The notes under the pieces were generated by a model, which was given only the letters and a program-made list of their open reading frames with translations, had not been told where the DNA came from and searched no databases. From an uncultured Phycisphaerales bacterium (GTDB taxonomy: Bacteria > Planctomycetota > Phycisphaerae > Tepidisphaerales > Tepidisphaeraceae): a stretch of DNA of 64,000 nt. The position numbers and the translations under genes are program-made. The stretch covers positions 4,352,001-4,416,000 of the forward strand of contig CAVWVQ010000003.1 of assembly GCA_963758525.1 (NCBI GenBank), written 5' to 3'. Positions 1 through 12,702 of this stretch are shown piece by piece. Positions within the stretch are counted from its first letter, which is position 1. Every line of letters starts with the position of its first letter.

Positions 1-1178
1 TGATCGTGCCGTTCTTGAATCCCCGGCTAATTCCCGGGTCAGCTGTGCGATGATTCGTTCTTCGTCGGTGGGAATGACGCGTACGCTCACAGCGGATCGT
101 GGAAGGGAAATGACCCCGGCGTTACTCGCGTTGGCGGCGGTATCGACCCGGATCCCGAGAAATTCCAGGCCAGCACAGATCGATGCGCGGACGGCGGGGC
201 AGTGCTCGCCAATGCCGGCGGAGAAGACCAGCGTGTCGATGCCGCCGAGCGTTGCAGCGAGTGCGGCGATGAACTTCCTCGCCTGGAGACAGAACAGCTC
301 AATGGCATCGTCGGCGCGCGGGTCGGTGGACTGCAGGGCGAGCAGGTCGCGCATGTCGCCGCTGGTCTGTGAGATGCCCAGGAGCCCATAGCGGGCGGAA
401 ATCAGCTTCTCCATCTGCTCTGCTGAAAGATTTTGCGTGCGCATCAGGTAAAGCAGCAGACCGGGATCGATGTCGCCGGATCGCGTCGCCATCACCAGCC
501 CGGCGTTGGGAGTGAAGGCCATCGTCGTGTCGATCGGTGTTCCGTCGCGCACGGCGGCCATGCTCGCGCCGGCGCCGAGATGAGCGAGAACCACTCGTCC
601 GCGCACGGCATCGGCTCCGGCGAGTTCTTCGAGCCGGCGCATCAGATACGTGTACGAAAGGCCGTGAAATCCAAACCTGCGCAATCCCTGATCAGAAAGC
701 TCGCGCGGATCGGGAGCAATTGCGCCACCCGCGGCAGATTCCGAAAAAACGCCGTGTCGAAACAGGCGACTTGCGGACGCGACGGAAACTCACGTTCGAA
801 TGCTTCGATCAATTCAATTTCGCCCGGCAGATGGGCCCGGTCCATTGGGACCGCCTGCCGCAATTGTTCGAGGACATCGGGGGTGATCAGTTGGTGCTCG
901 AGCAGCCGCAGCCCCCCGTGCACCACACGATGTCCGATCGCGGTGACCGCGTCGGCGCCGAGCCGCTTCTCGATGTGCGTGACGATTGCGCGGGCCGCGT
1001 CCCCACTACGGAGGGCTTCGATCTTGCGTTCCTGGCCATCTGCAATAAGGCGGGCATCCGGTGTACCGACGCGCTCAATGCGGCCAGCAAACGCGCGGCT
1101 CAGGTCAGCAGCCAGGTAACCGGCAAATTTGACGCTGCTCGATCCGCCGTTGATGGTGAGAATCATCGATCCGGGCAT
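1..1178 (-). CDS. ackA: Acetate/propionate kinase; runs off the window start; apparent 1-nt frameshift near 705
   Basis: N-terminal ILTINGGSSSVKF, GHRVVHGG and ACFDTAF motifs in ORF 642..1418. The other frame continues with GFHGLSY, HLGAGAS, SGDIDPG, GDMRDL and GIGEH, then IPTDEE. Confidence 0.92.
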
Positions 1179-1423
1179 ATCGCTCACAGGTGCCACTTCC
1201 AGTTGCCGATCTCCGGTGATCCCTCCTTCTTGTAGCCGGGCACGTGCAGATTGCAATGATTCCGATGATTCTCGCTCAGACCGTTCTGAAACTCCCAGGG
1301 GAGGGGGAATGAGCTGCGAGCTCCCGGAACATCGGGCGCGCCCATGCGAAGCAGCAAGCCCGCAATCGAGACAATTCTGCTCGCCGCCTCTATCATTGAT
1401 CGCGACCCAGGAATCCAATCTTC

Positions 1424-4174
1424 GTGGCTAAATCCTTCTACATCATCGACGGCCACGCCCAGATTTACCGGGCCTACTTCGCGCCGTTCCGTGATCTGAC
1501 GAGCCACAGCGGAGAACCGACCAAGGCGACGTTTGTCTTCACGCAGATGCTGCTGAACCTCATCGAGCTGCGCAAGCCCGACTACCTCGCGATGGTGATT
1601 GACAGCGGGGACGAAACGGTCTTTCGCAAGGACATTTTTCCGGAGTACAAGGCCAACCGCCAGCCGCGACCGGACGATTTTTTTCCGCAGGAAGAGCGCA
1701 TCCTCCGACTGGTGCGAGACGCGGGGATTCCGATCTTCGCCAAGCCGGGATTCGAGGCGGATGATCTGATCGCGACAATGGCCCGGCGACTGGAAAACGG
1801 CGGATTCCATACCTTTCTTGTCTCCAAGGACAAGGATCTGCGGCAGATCCTCGACGAGTCCATCAGCATGTATGACGTGCAGTCCGATGAGGTGATGGAC
1901 CTGGAAGCAATGCAGAAGAAGTGCGGCTACACGCCACTGGAGGCGATCGAAATCCAGACGCTGATGGGAGACACCACGGACAATGTCCCCGGGATTCCGG
2001 GCGTTGGGGAGAAGACGGCAACCAAGCTCGTGAAGCAGTTTGGATCAGCCGACGCGGTGTTGCAGCATCTCGACGAGCTTACCCCGAAAATGCGGGAGAA
2101 TTTTGAGAAATTCGCCGATCGGCTGACGATTTCGCGGCAACTGGTCACCCTCAAGGATGACGTGGAGTTTGATTTCGACCCGGCCGTCTGCCGATTCATC
2201 GGCTTGAATCAGCCGGCGCTGCGCACGCATCTGATTGAGCTTGGTTTCGAGCACTTGCTCAAAAAGCTGCAGCCCGAGCCGCCGAAGCCCAAGCCGCGCC
2301 GGCCCGAGCCCCCGGGATTGTTCGATACGGTCATTGAGCCGGAGCTAGGCGTCGGCAGCGGCGCCCAATGCAAGTACGAGCTGGTGGATACCGAGGAGAA
2401 GCTTGGGGAATTTCTCGCCGGCCTCCGCAAGCAGAAGCGTTTTGCGTTTGACACGGAAACCGATGCGCTGGGGGCAATGAATTCGAATCTGGTGGGAATG
2501 AGCTTCAGTTGGGAAAAGGCGAGCGGTTATTACATTCCCGTTTGCGGGCCGTCCGGGTCGACGCATCTGCCATGCGATCACGTACTGGCAGCGGTGAAGC
2601 CGATTCTTGAAGACGAGAAAATCAAAAAAGTCGGGCACAACATCAAGTACGACCTGCTGGTGATGCGCAAGGCGGGGGTAGAGCTGCGCGGGGTCTGGCT
2701 GGATTCGATGGTGGCGGCGTTTTTGATCGACCCGAGCCGGATGACCTATGGAATCGATCGGCTCGCGCTGGATTATCTCAACTTCCGCAAAGTTCCCACC
2801 GCGGAACTCATCGGCTCGGGCAGGAATCAGTTGTCGATGGATCGGGTCGAACTGCAGAGAATCGCCTGCTACGCGTCGGAGGATGCCGACATCGCGTTGC
2901 GATTGGCCGATCTGATGGAAGAACGGCTCGATGAGCTTCCGGCGGTGCGCAAGCTGTGCGACGACCTGGAAACGCCCCTCATTGACGCTCTGGCAGAGCT
3001 GGAGTTCAACGGCATTTCGATCGACCCGGCGATTCTCAAGGAGCAGAGCGCGGTTTTGGCGACGCGCGTCGAAGAGCTCCGCGAAAGAATCTGGCAGGAG
3101 GCGGGAATGGAGTTCAACCCCGACTCGCCGAAACAGCTTGCGGACGTGCTGTACACGAAGCTGCAGCTCAAGATTCCCAAGCGGACCAAGACGGGCCCCA
3201 GCACCGACGTGGAAGCGCTGGAGAAGCTCGCGCATGCGCATCCGGTCCCGAAGCTGATTCTTGAATATCGAAGCCTGGTGAAGTTGAAGAACACGTATCT
3301 CGACAATCTCGGCGATTACGTCAACCCGAAAACGCATCGCATCCATGCAAGCTTCAACCAGACCGGCGCGGCAACGGGGCGGTTGAGCTGCAGCGATCCA
3401 AATCTGCAGAACATCCCGATTCGCACCGACGAAGGCCGGCGCATTCGCCTGGCGTTTGTGCCGGGGGACCCGGCCAACGTGCTGCTGACTGCCGACTACA
3501 GTCAGGTGGAGCTTCGGCTGCTGGCGCATTTCACAGGTGAGACGGCGTTGGTCAAAGCCTTTGAGGCCGATGAGGACATTCACCGTGCCGTGGCAGCGGA
3601 GGTATTCAACACGCCGCTTGAGCAGGTGACGCGCGAGCAGCGGTCGCACGCCAAGACGATCAACTTCGGCATTATCTATGGCGTCAGCGCTTACGGCCTC
3701 GCCTGGCGCATCGAAGGTTTGACGGTTCAATCGGCCGGCGAGCTGATCAATTCCTATAACAAGCGTTTCCCCGGCATCGCCCGCTTTCTCGACGAATGCG
3801 TGATGCAGGCGCAGGCGCAGGGATACGTGACGACGATCCTCGGCCGGCGGCGTCCGATTCCGGACATCGATAGCCGGGTGCTCAGCCAGCGGCGCCTCAG
3901 CGAACGAATGGCCATCAACAGCGTGGTGCAGGGGTCTGCCGCGGATTTGATCAAGCTCGCGATGCTGAACATTCATCGCCGGATCAAGCGGGAGAAGCTC
4001 AGGAGCCGGATGTTGCTGCAGGTGCATGACGAGCTGGTGTTTGAAACCCCAGCCGACGTCGCCGAGGCCGACGCGGCCATCGTGCGTGAAGAGATGATCG
4101 GCGCCATGAAACTCAATGTTCCGCTGAAAGTCGACATCGGCTGGGGAAAGAACTGGCAGGAAGTGAAAGGGTAG
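1424..4174 (+). CDS. polA: DNA polymerase I
   Basis: 5'-3' exonuclease (IIDGH, YKANR, EADD), 3'-5' exonuclease (FDTET, GHNIKYD) and family A motifs (TGRLS, ADYSQVELR, KTINFGIIYG, QVHDEL). Confidence 0.98.
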   Translation: MAKSFYIIDGHAQIYRAYFAPFRDLTSHSGEPTKATFVFTQMLLNLIELRKPDYLAMVIDSGDETVFRKDIFPEYKANRQPRPDDFFPQEERILRLVRDAGIPIFAKPGFEADDLIATMARRLENGGFHTFLVSKDKDLRQILDESISMYDVQSDEVMDLEAMQKKCGYTPLEAIEIQTLMGDTTDNVPGIPGVGEKTATKLVKQFGSADAVLQHLDELTPKMRENFEKFADRLTISRQLVTLKDDVEFDFDPAVCRFIGLNQPALRTHLIELGFEHLLKKLQPEPPKPKPRRPEPPGLFDTVIEPELGVGSGAQCKYELVDTEEKLGEFLAGLRKQKRFAFDTETDALGAMNSNLVGMSFSWEKASGYYIPVCGPSGSTHLPCDHVLAAVKPILEDEKIKKVGHNIKYDLLVMRKAGVELRGVWLDSMVAAFLIDPSRMTYGIDRLALDYLNFRKVPTAELIGSGRNQLSMDRVELQRIACYASEDADIALRLADLMEERLDELPAVRKLCDDLETPLIDALAELEFNGISIDPAILKEQSAVLATRVEELRERIWQEAGMEFNPDSPKQLADVLYTKLQLKIPKRTKTGPSTDVEALEKLAHAHPVPKLILEYRSLVKLKNTYLDNLGDYVNPKTHRIHASFNQTGAATGRLSCSDPNLQNIPIRTDEGRRIRLAFVPGDPANVLLTADYSQVELRLLAHFTGETALVKAFEADEDIHRAVAAEVFNTPLEQVTREQRSHAKTINFGIIYGVSAYGLAWRIEGLTVQSAGELINSYNKRFPGIARFLDECVMQAQAQGYVTTILGRRRPIPDIDSRVLSQRRLSERMAINSVVQGSAADLIKLAMLNIHRRIKREKLRSRMLLQVHDELVFETPADVAEADAAIVREEMIGAMKLNVPLKVDIGWGKNWQEVKG

Positions 4175-4250
4175 GAGGAAGGCACGAAGGCACAGAGGCA
4201 TCCCGGCGCGCCGGGACCTTGTTGCGGCACGAAGGGTGAGGAGGTGGGAT
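4175..4250. repeat. GGCACGAA-family repeat element with internal hairpin
   Basis: GAAGGCACGAAGGCACAGAGGCATCCCGGCGCGCCGGGACCTTGTTGCGGCACGAAGG; a near reverse-complement copy lies at about 23745-23803 inside dnaE2. Confidence 0.8.
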
Positions 4251-4325
4251 GCTGTCCTCCCCGTTTAGCGGCTGCCCTTCGGGCAGCGCCTTGCGCCCCG
4301 GGGTGCAATTGAGACCAGGAGTGCG

Positions 4326-4874
4326 TTGTTGAGCGAAATAGACTTCGAAAATCCTGAATCACCCTTACCACGCCCCTCTCCGGGGTTGCCGGGAGGGATT
4401 GCCGGCGCCGGCGTGCCACGGAGTGTCCAAGAGCTTGCAGAACCGATCGAGCTCTCGGAGAGCGCGAACGCTTCGGTTACAGTCGACGACTTGCCGCGCA
4501 TGGTTGAACCGCCCCCGGTGAAACTGGTCACAGTGCAGGATGCGAAGTTGCTGGCTGGCGCCGGATCGGAACCGCAGCTCGACGCGTTTTACGTCGATAT
4601 GCTCAAGTTCGATCGCGATCCGCAGCTTCCGCTGGCATACCGGGCGGCGAATTTCGCGATCGTCTTTCAGGTTGACGAGCCCCCGATCCAGCATGAGAGC
4701 ATGCGCGCGATCGGCATCGAAGTGCAATCGCTGTCAATCGCCCGCCAGCAGTTGATCGATCGGGAAATCGATCACACCCTGCAGCGCGGATTGTTGCCGG
4801 GACATCTGTCGATTCTGCTGCAGGACCCCGCGGGCAACTGGATCGAGTTGATCGAAGCCCGCATCGTCGCGTGA
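4326..4874 (+). CDS. VOC/glyoxalase-like hypothetical protein; start uncertain
   Basis: FYVDMLKF and C-terminal LQDPAGNWIELIE resemble VOC-fold motifs; lies between polA and coaE. Confidence 0.65.
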   Translation: MLSEIDFENPESPLPRPSPGLPGGIAGAGVPRSVQELAEPIELSESANASVTVDDLPRMVEPPPVKLVTVQDAKLLAGAGSEPQLDAFYVDMLKFDRDPQLPLAYRAANFAIVFQVDEPPIQHESMRAIGIEVQSLSIARQQLIDREIDHTLQRGLLPGHLSILLQDPAGNWIELIEARIVA

Positions 4875-4880
4875 ATAATC

Positions 4881-5495
4881 ATGTATGCGGGGAAACCCAT
4901 CATCGGACTGGCCGGGGGCGTCGGCAGCGGGAAGAGCTTCGCGGCGCGCCTGCTGAAGGAGATGGGCTGCGCCGTCATCGATTCTGATGCACAGGTTCGC
5001 GCGGCATACGAAACGGACGTCGTCCGCCAGCAACTGCGCACCTGGTGGGGCGATACGGTGTTCACCCAGGCGGGACAAGTGGACCGGCGGGCGATCGCCC
5101 AGCGCGTCTTTGCCAAGCCGGAGGAGCGGAAACGCCTGGAACAGTTGATTCATCCCCTGGTTGCGGCCGCGCGGGACGCCCAAATGCGGCAATTTGCAGA
5201 ACTTCCGCAGGCACTTGCTTTCGTATGGGATACCCCGCTATTGTTTGAGACAGGGCTGAACCGCGATTGCGACGCCGTGATCTTCGTCGACGCTGACTTG
5301 GAACAACGTCTGCGGCGCGTCGCAGAATCACGCGGCTGGTTCGAAGAAGAACTGCTCCGGCGAGAAAAATTTCAGTGGCCTCTGGACAAGAAGCGACTTT
5401 TTTCCGATTATGTGGTGAAGAACGCTGCGGACCCCGAGGAGTTTCGCGCTAAGATTCGTGAAACGCTCTCTTTGATTCTCGCGAACCACCAATAA
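4881..5495 (+). CDS. coaE: Dephospho-CoA kinase
   Basis: IIGLAGGVGSGKS P-loop, IDSD, LEQLIHP and DTPLLFE motifs. Confidence 0.95.
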   Translation: MYAGKPIIGLAGGVGSGKSFAARLLKEMGCAVIDSDAQVRAAYETDVVRQQLRTWWGDTVFTQAGQVDRRAIAQRVFAKPEERKRLEQLIHPLVAAARDAQMRQFAELPQALAFVWDTPLLFETGLNRDCDAVIFVDADLEQRLRRVAESRGWFEEELLRREKFQWPLDKKRLFSDYVVKNAADPEEFRAKIRETLSLILANHQ

Positions 5496-5769
5496 TAACT
5501 TGAACATCCGGCACCGGCCGAATGTAGTATTTTCAATCCCATGAATGAATGTTTTTTCCGCCTGGATGGGTGGAAATGAAAGCAGGTTGCCCTGGACGGG
5601 TGATCTGGAGATTTGGACGGAGTCCACCTTCCCATTCTCACCGATTCTGAAACGGCAAATTCGCAGGTCAGACGGCCGGCACGACGTACAACGTTCGCGG
5701 CGGTCGATGAAAGTCCGCATATCGGCTCACCGATAGCATCAATCCTTCTCTCACCGGAGGCCTAGCCAA

Positions 5770-7248
<1,479 letters not shown>

Positions 7249-7265
7249 TAGCTCGACGTCTCCAC

Positions 7266-7320
7266 GTAGCACAGCCGTCCCGGCTGTGGCCCGCAATCAC
7301 AGCCGAGACGGCCGTGCTAC
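7266..7320. repeat. GTAG-type REP doublet downstream of rho; may act as terminator
   Basis: GTAGCACAGCCGTCCCGGCTGTG...CACAGCCGAGACGGCCGTGCTAC inverted pair; related copy at 42716-42765. Confidence 0.8.
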
Positions 7321-7335
7321 GGGGGAATGTCTTGA

Positions 7336-7737
7336 TTATTGCATCGGCCCGGCGAGTTCCGTTGGCGACGGGAGTTGATTGACCGAATCCTGCTCGCGGA
7401 GAAAGCGGATCGCCGATTCGCGCGGGGCCATGTACGCGCTGTCCTTCTCTCGATCCCAAACCAGCACGTGCGTCGCGGCGCCGCCGCGCGTTCCAAAATT
7501 CACGTTGTAGAGAAATCCAAGGGGACGGACGAAGCGGGAAAACGTGAAATTTTCTCCGCGGCCGAGACCGGGCTGGCGTCCGTCGTCCCAGACGGCGCCG
7601 CCAACCGCATTGTCCCAGTAGAAGCCGACGAACCGCGCCTCGCCCATGTAGCCGAGAATCCCGAGCCGGCTCGTGCCGGGAAGTACGATGGTCACCGGAA
7701 CAAAATCAGCCGGGAACGAGGTTCGGGCGGGGCTCAT
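7336..7737 (-). CDS. Hypothetical protein
   Basis: 133-aa ORF with protein-like composition filling the intergenic gap; no recognised motif. Confidence 0.6.
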   Translation of the reverse strand: MSPARTSFPADFVPVTIVLPGTSRLGILGYMGEARFVGFYWDNAVGGAVWDDGRQPGLGRGENFTFSRFVRPLGFLYNVNFGTRGGAATHVLVWDREKDSAYMAPRESAIRFLREQDSVNQLPSPTELAGPMQ

Positions 7738-7799
7738 GCGGCAAACTGTAGAAGTCCACTGTTAAGATTTTATGAATCATGGTCTTCATCAACATCGTG

Positions 7800-7942
7800 G
7801 GGTGTGGCGCTCGAAAGTGGCGATCGGCTCCGAGTAGGGCGGGATTCATCCCGCCGATTTGTTGGCCGGCTGAGAAAACGGCGGGATGAATCCCGCCCTA
7901 CGATCGCAAAATCTGCAATCGCCACAAATAAAAGTTACACCC
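7800..7942. mobile_element. 143-bp MITE, copy 1, containing a GTAG REP doublet
   Basis: Ends GGGTGTGGC...GTTACACCC (imperfect terminal inverted repeat); flanked by the 8-bp direct repeat ACATCGTG (7792-7799, 7943-7950); near-identical to 54397-54539. Confidence 0.9.
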
Positions 7943-8045
7943 ACATCGTGGGGCGTGCTCACGTTGAAGAGATCGATTCTGCGTGCGGCTTTCAAATCCC
8001 TGCGAGACGAGTTCGCAAACCGGAGTGAGCCACAGCCGCGGTTCA

Positions 8046-9501
8046 TCAATCCTGATCGGTTTTCACTGGTGCTCCCTGCGGGGCAATAGAGGCAGGCGCA
8101 AACGTAATGGTCGAGGTCTGCATTGCGGGGACTACCGCATCACCAGCGCCGGCCAGCATCAGCCGGCCCGCGAACGCCTCTGCCTGGTCAACTTCACCAT
8201 GCACGACATATGTCCGCGTCTGAGGCGTCAGCAACGGAGTCAGAAAGCGCAGCAGCTCGTCGCCGTCGGCGTGGGCGCTGAGCCCATGGATGGTGCGGAC
8301 CTGGCAGCGCACATCGTACCACCGGTCGTAGATGCGCACGCGTTTTTCTCCCTGCTGAATTCTTCGGCCGAGCGTTTCCGGAGGAATCCAGCCCACGAAT
8401 ACGACCAGATCGTTGGGCTGCTCGACGCTCTGTTCGAGGTGATGGAGGATTCGACCGAACTCACATGTCGGGCTGGACGCGATGATCACGCATGGCCCGC
8501 GCTGCGCGTTAATCTGTTTGCTCTGATCGACCGACGAGGCAAATGTCACCTTGGAAAGCCCGAAGAGATCTCCCTTGCCGATGAGCGCTCGCGTCTCGTC
8601 GTCAAAATCCTCTGGAAACATGGTGTGAATCCGGCTGACCTCGACGCCCATCGGGCTGTCGACGAAAATCGGGATCGCCGGGATTTTTCCTTCGTGGATG
8701 AACTTTTGCATGTACCACAAAACCGTCTGGGTGCGTCCCACGGCAAATGATGGAATAAGCAGCCGGCTGCGATGGTCGACGCAGAACTTGACGGCGTCGA
8801 GAAACTGCGGACCGACGTCGCCGATCTGGCCGTGCGAAACGTTGCCATAGGTGCTTTCCGTAATGACAAGATCGACAGGACCCGGCGGCGTTACCGGATC
8901 CCGCAAAATCGGCGTGTCGTAGCGACCGATGTCGCCGGTAAACAGGAGCCTTCGCGCGGCGGACTGTCCCTTGTTCGTCTGCGCCCATTCCACCAGCACG
9001 CTTGCCGAGCCGAGGATGTGGCCGGCATCGAAGAATGTGAAAGTGACGCCGCGACCGAGGTCCGTTTTCTGATTGTAGTTCACGCGGCTGAACAGTTTGG
9101 TGACGGCCGGGATGTCGGATGAGCCAAAGAGCGGCGGCGTCGCGCGTTCATCCGGCCGGCGCGCGCGGCGGTTCAGGAACGCGACGTCCTCCTCTTGAAT
9201 CCTGGCTGCGTCCGTGAGGACGATGCGCGCCACTTCCGCGGTCGCGGGGGTGCAATAGATCGGGCCCTTGAATCCCGCGCAGCGCCACGGGAAGTTTGCC
9301 GCAATGATCGAGATGGCCATGGGACAGAATAATCGCGTCGGCCGATCGCACGTCAGCCGGAAGCGTCTGATTGATCTGCCGGGCCTCGTCGCGCCGGCCC
9401 TGGTACATCCCCATGTCGAGGAACAGACGCAGCCCGTTGACCTCAATTAAATGGCTCGATCCCGTGACCGTGCGATCCGCTCCGCAGAATTGAATGCGCA
9501 T
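8046..9501 (-). CDS. MBL-fold/beta-CASP ribonuclease; apparent frameshift near 9278
   Basis: VTGSSHL, LSHGHLDHCG, AGHILGS, FTGDIG, ESTYG, FAVGRTQ, SAHAD and VHGE motifs spread over two ORFs. Confidence 0.92.
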
Positions 9502-9514
9502 CGACGCAGGCTAC

Positions 9515-9640
9515 AGGGGCAGGAGCGAAGGGGGAAGGGAAGATAGAGCGGAAGATAGAGCGAAGGCATGAAGGGGAAGGCACGAAGGCACGGAGGCAGT
9601 CGCCGCGGCGACTAAACTGCGGCACGAAGGGGAGGAAGGC
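9515..9640. repeat. GGCACGAA-family repeat element (purine arm)
   Basis: GAAGGCACGAAGGCACGGAGGCAGTCGCCGCGGCGACTAAACTGCGGCACGAAGG; the same core occurs in imuA (twice) and imuB. Confidence 0.85.
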
Positions 9641-9797
9641 GAATCGACTGATGCGCCTTGGCGCAGGTTAGCCGCGACGCGCAGCGGAGCGCGTATTCGA
9701 ACACCAAACGCCGCCATTTCACCGCTTGCCCCAATTCCACGTGTACGCGTCCGTTGCCAGTCGTTCCAATCGGGTTCTGAGCAAGCGGACACAATTT

Positions 9798-11761
9798 TCA
9801 CTGCGGCGGCGTAGCCGGGGGAGTTGTCCCAGGCGCGGGAGTCGCTCCGGGCGCTGGCGTCGCGGCCGGCGGAGTTGCATCAGGGGCGGGTGCCGTCGGT
9901 GCGGGGGTTGCGCCGGGTGCTGGAGTAGCGGGGGGCGTTGCGGGAGCAGCCGGGGCGGGAGTCGATCCGTCAGGCGCGCTAAATACGCCGGACCCCGGCG
10001 TGCCTGGAGCGGCGGGCGCCGCTGCCGGGGGAGCGGGAGCGGCTGCTGGCGCTGTTGCGGGCGCGGAGGCGGGAGGAGCAGACGCATCAACCGGAGCCAG
10101 CGCGATTTCCGGCGGCAGGGCGGGCAGGGGCGTGCCTGACGCCTGTGCCTGGTCGCGCGCATCGCGGCTCTGTTTCAACAGGTCCTGTGCGGTTTTTGCG
10201 TCCCCCATAGCTTGAGCGAATTTCGCGTGAGCGTAGAGCTCCACAACCTGCACTGCCGCGGCGGCGCCTTCGCGCTCTTGCCGAGGGGGCCGGCGGACGG
10301 GGCCTTCTGCACATCAATGAGAAGCTGGTCGGCATCGCCGAAGGCCGTTTCTGCTTTGGAGCGGGCTTGTGCTAGGTCGGCGTCCGCTACGCCAGGTTTC
10401 AGTGTATCGGGGGCGCTGAGGGAAGCAGGGGTGACGGCCGCGTCGACGAGCTTGGCGGAGAGGACGCGATTGGAAGTCGTGCTGGCCCAATCGGAATAGA
10501 GCCGGGCCAATCGAAGATCGACCAGGGCCATCTGAAGCTTCAGATCAGACGGGTTGAAGACATCCATCATCCCCTGCCATGCTTCGCGCTGCGGGTACTC
10601 CTTGAGGTTCTGATTGTTGACGTTTGTTGCGTAGCTGCGCGCGAGCGTCGCCCGGGAGGTGTCGGCTTTCTTCAGGGCGTCCAAAGCATCATTCAGATAT
10701 TTCTCCGCGAGGCCGCGCGAAGTGTAGTTGTCGGTCTTGAGCTTATCGATGGCGGCTGCGGCTGCGGCAATCGTGCTCGGCGTCGCGCTGCCAGCCGCCG
10801 CGGCTGCGGGCGCGGCTGGCGCGTCCGCGGGGGGCGGGCCGGCGCTGGCATCGGAAGCAGCAGCGGTCACTAAAGCCGCGTTTTGGTCCGAACGGTCGCC
10901 GATGAGCTTCTGCAGGTCGGCCCAACCCTGCTTCATCTGATCGGACTGCTTGCTCAGCGAATCCAAAGCAACGTCGATCTGCTTCGCGGTTGCCTCGGCG
11001 AGTGCCAGGTCCTGCTGTTTCGCGGAAATCTGCGCGTCGATTCCCTCCGACTGCAGCGCCAGACCCGCCGCCTGCTTGGTCAGGTCGGCGGACTGCGTGA
11101 ACAAGTCAACGCTGGTTTTCCCCTTGGCGGCGTCTGACTGATTCCGCAGCGTTTCCGCCTGCTGAAGCAGTTGGGCGCGTTGCGTCTCCAGGTTGTTTTT
11201 CTGCGTGTTGAGCTTGTCGATTTCATCCTTCAGCGCGGCGACGTTTGCCTTGGCGCCGGCAGCAGAGGGGATCACGCCGCCGTCGGCTGGCATCCAGGGA
11301 GCGCCGTCGGAGCCGCCTTGTGCGGCAGCCTGCAACTTTGCCAGTGCGTCTTGCGCCGCTTTCGGATCCAGCGCCTTGAGCCCTGCAATCTGGGTGTTGT
11401 TGGCTGCGATTCGGTTGGCCTGTTGATCGATCAGCGAGGTGAGGCTGATGATATCCGCCTGCCGCTGCTCGATCTTGTCGATCAGCGCATCGCCGGCGCG
11501 GGCGTTGGCAGCAGCCAGCGCCAACTGCGATCGAATTTTGCCCTCATTCGATGTATCAGCAAGCGCCGCCGCCTTTTGGAAATACGAGATGGCGACCGCG
11601 GGATCCTGCTGAGGTTTGTCCAGTTGTTCGTGGGCGACGACCAATTGCTGCCGAAGGGCATCATCCGCCTTCTCGGAAGGTTGCTTGCAGCCGCTGAGGA
11701 TGGCCGCGACACAGGAAGCTGCCCAGGCGACTTTCGCCGCTGATTTCAAAGGTGCTTGCAT
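9798..11761 (-). CDS. Large coiled-coil lipoprotein with Pro/Ala-rich tail; apparent frameshift near 10260
   Basis: Lipobox-like AILSGC, long Ala/Gln/Lys helical repeats; the PATPAP tail lies in ORF 9798..10253. Confidence 0.7.
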
Positions 11762-11908
11762 CAAAGATTCTCCTGATGCGATTTTCCCAGGTGATGGAGC
11801 ATGCATGAACAACCGCACCCCCGCCGGTGAAGCAAAATTGTGCCAGTCATCCGGTGAAATGTCAAAATGATCTTGCGGAACCGTCGGATTTTATCGGCCG
11901 TGCCAAGG

Positions 11909-12083
11909 GTGAGGGTTCAGGGTTCTGGGGTCAGGGTTCAGGGGTAGACTCGCCAGGGTCAGCACAGGGTTCAGATCAGTATGATAGTTTCTTGAGCCGT
12001 TCGCGCTCTCTGCGGCGCTGATATCCGCGCTCCACCGGAACCCTGAACTCCTTAACCCTGAACCCTGAACCCTGAACCCTGAC
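11909..12083. repeat. (GGGTTCA)n/(TGAACCC)n inverted heptamer-repeat hairpin
   Basis: GGGTTCA-like units at 11909-11972 and TGAACCC units at 12038-12083. Confidence 0.9.
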
Positions 12084-12175
12084 GCCTCACAAGGGTTTTT
12101 CCCCTTCCATCGAAGCTTGACGCGTCTATGATGCGGTGAAAGCTCGAATGCTTGCCAACTCCAGCGGGAGCCGTG

Positions 12176-12622
12176 ATGTCTCTGAAACTCGCGACCGAAC
12201 AACCCTTCGGAAAGCTTGCCCGTCAGGCGAACAAGTTGATGGACCAGCTGCAGAAAGGGTACTACAACTTCTATCCCGGCGAGGCATGGACGCCAAACGT
12301 CAATCTCTACGAGACGGAGAATTCGTATCTCGTCTGCGTCGACCTGTCGGGTGTGGACAAAAACAAAATTGACCTCGAAATCCACAACAACCGGCTGAAG
12401 ATCAAGGGGTCCAGGCCGGTGCCGATACAGGAGTCCGCCTCCGGTGCCGAGGCGGGGCGTGAAGCGGAAACTCCTCGAAAGATGCGTGTCCATCTGATGG
12501 AGATTGATCACGGCGCGTTCGCTCGCGAGGTGGAGCTGCCCGAAGGGTCCTCGCACCAGCAGATCACCGCGGTCTACCGCAACGGATTACTGTGGGTCGA
12601 GATTCCAAAAATGTCCGCGTAA
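12176..12622 (+). CDS. Hsp20/alpha-crystallin small heat-shock protein
   Basis: WTPNVNLYET, VDLSGV, EIDHGAFAREVELP and YRNGLLWVEIPK motifs; upstream of lon. Confidence 0.93.
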   Translation: MSLKLATEQPFGKLARQANKLMDQLQKGYYNFYPGEAWTPNVNLYETENSYLVCVDLSGVDKNKIDLEIHNNRLKIKGSRPVPIQESASGAEAGREAETPRKMRVHLMEIDHGAFAREVELPEGSSHQQITAVYRNGLLWVEIPKMSA

Positions 12623-12702
12623 TATTTGGTGATGATGCCCGCCACGCGGGGGCGCCAGGGTCCCTGGACCACTGAACACGCCAACAACCCAGAAAACATT
12701 CC

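Noticed and set aside
2345..4201. Long antisense ORFs (also 5668-7296, 13405-15159, 56054-57175, 59613-60962)
   Set aside because: These are shadow ORFs opposite well-conserved genes, expected at high GC, with no recognisable motifs.
9798..10140. Pro/Ala/Thr repeats as a DNA repeat element
   Set aside because: Explained as a low-complexity protein tail with synonymous variation.
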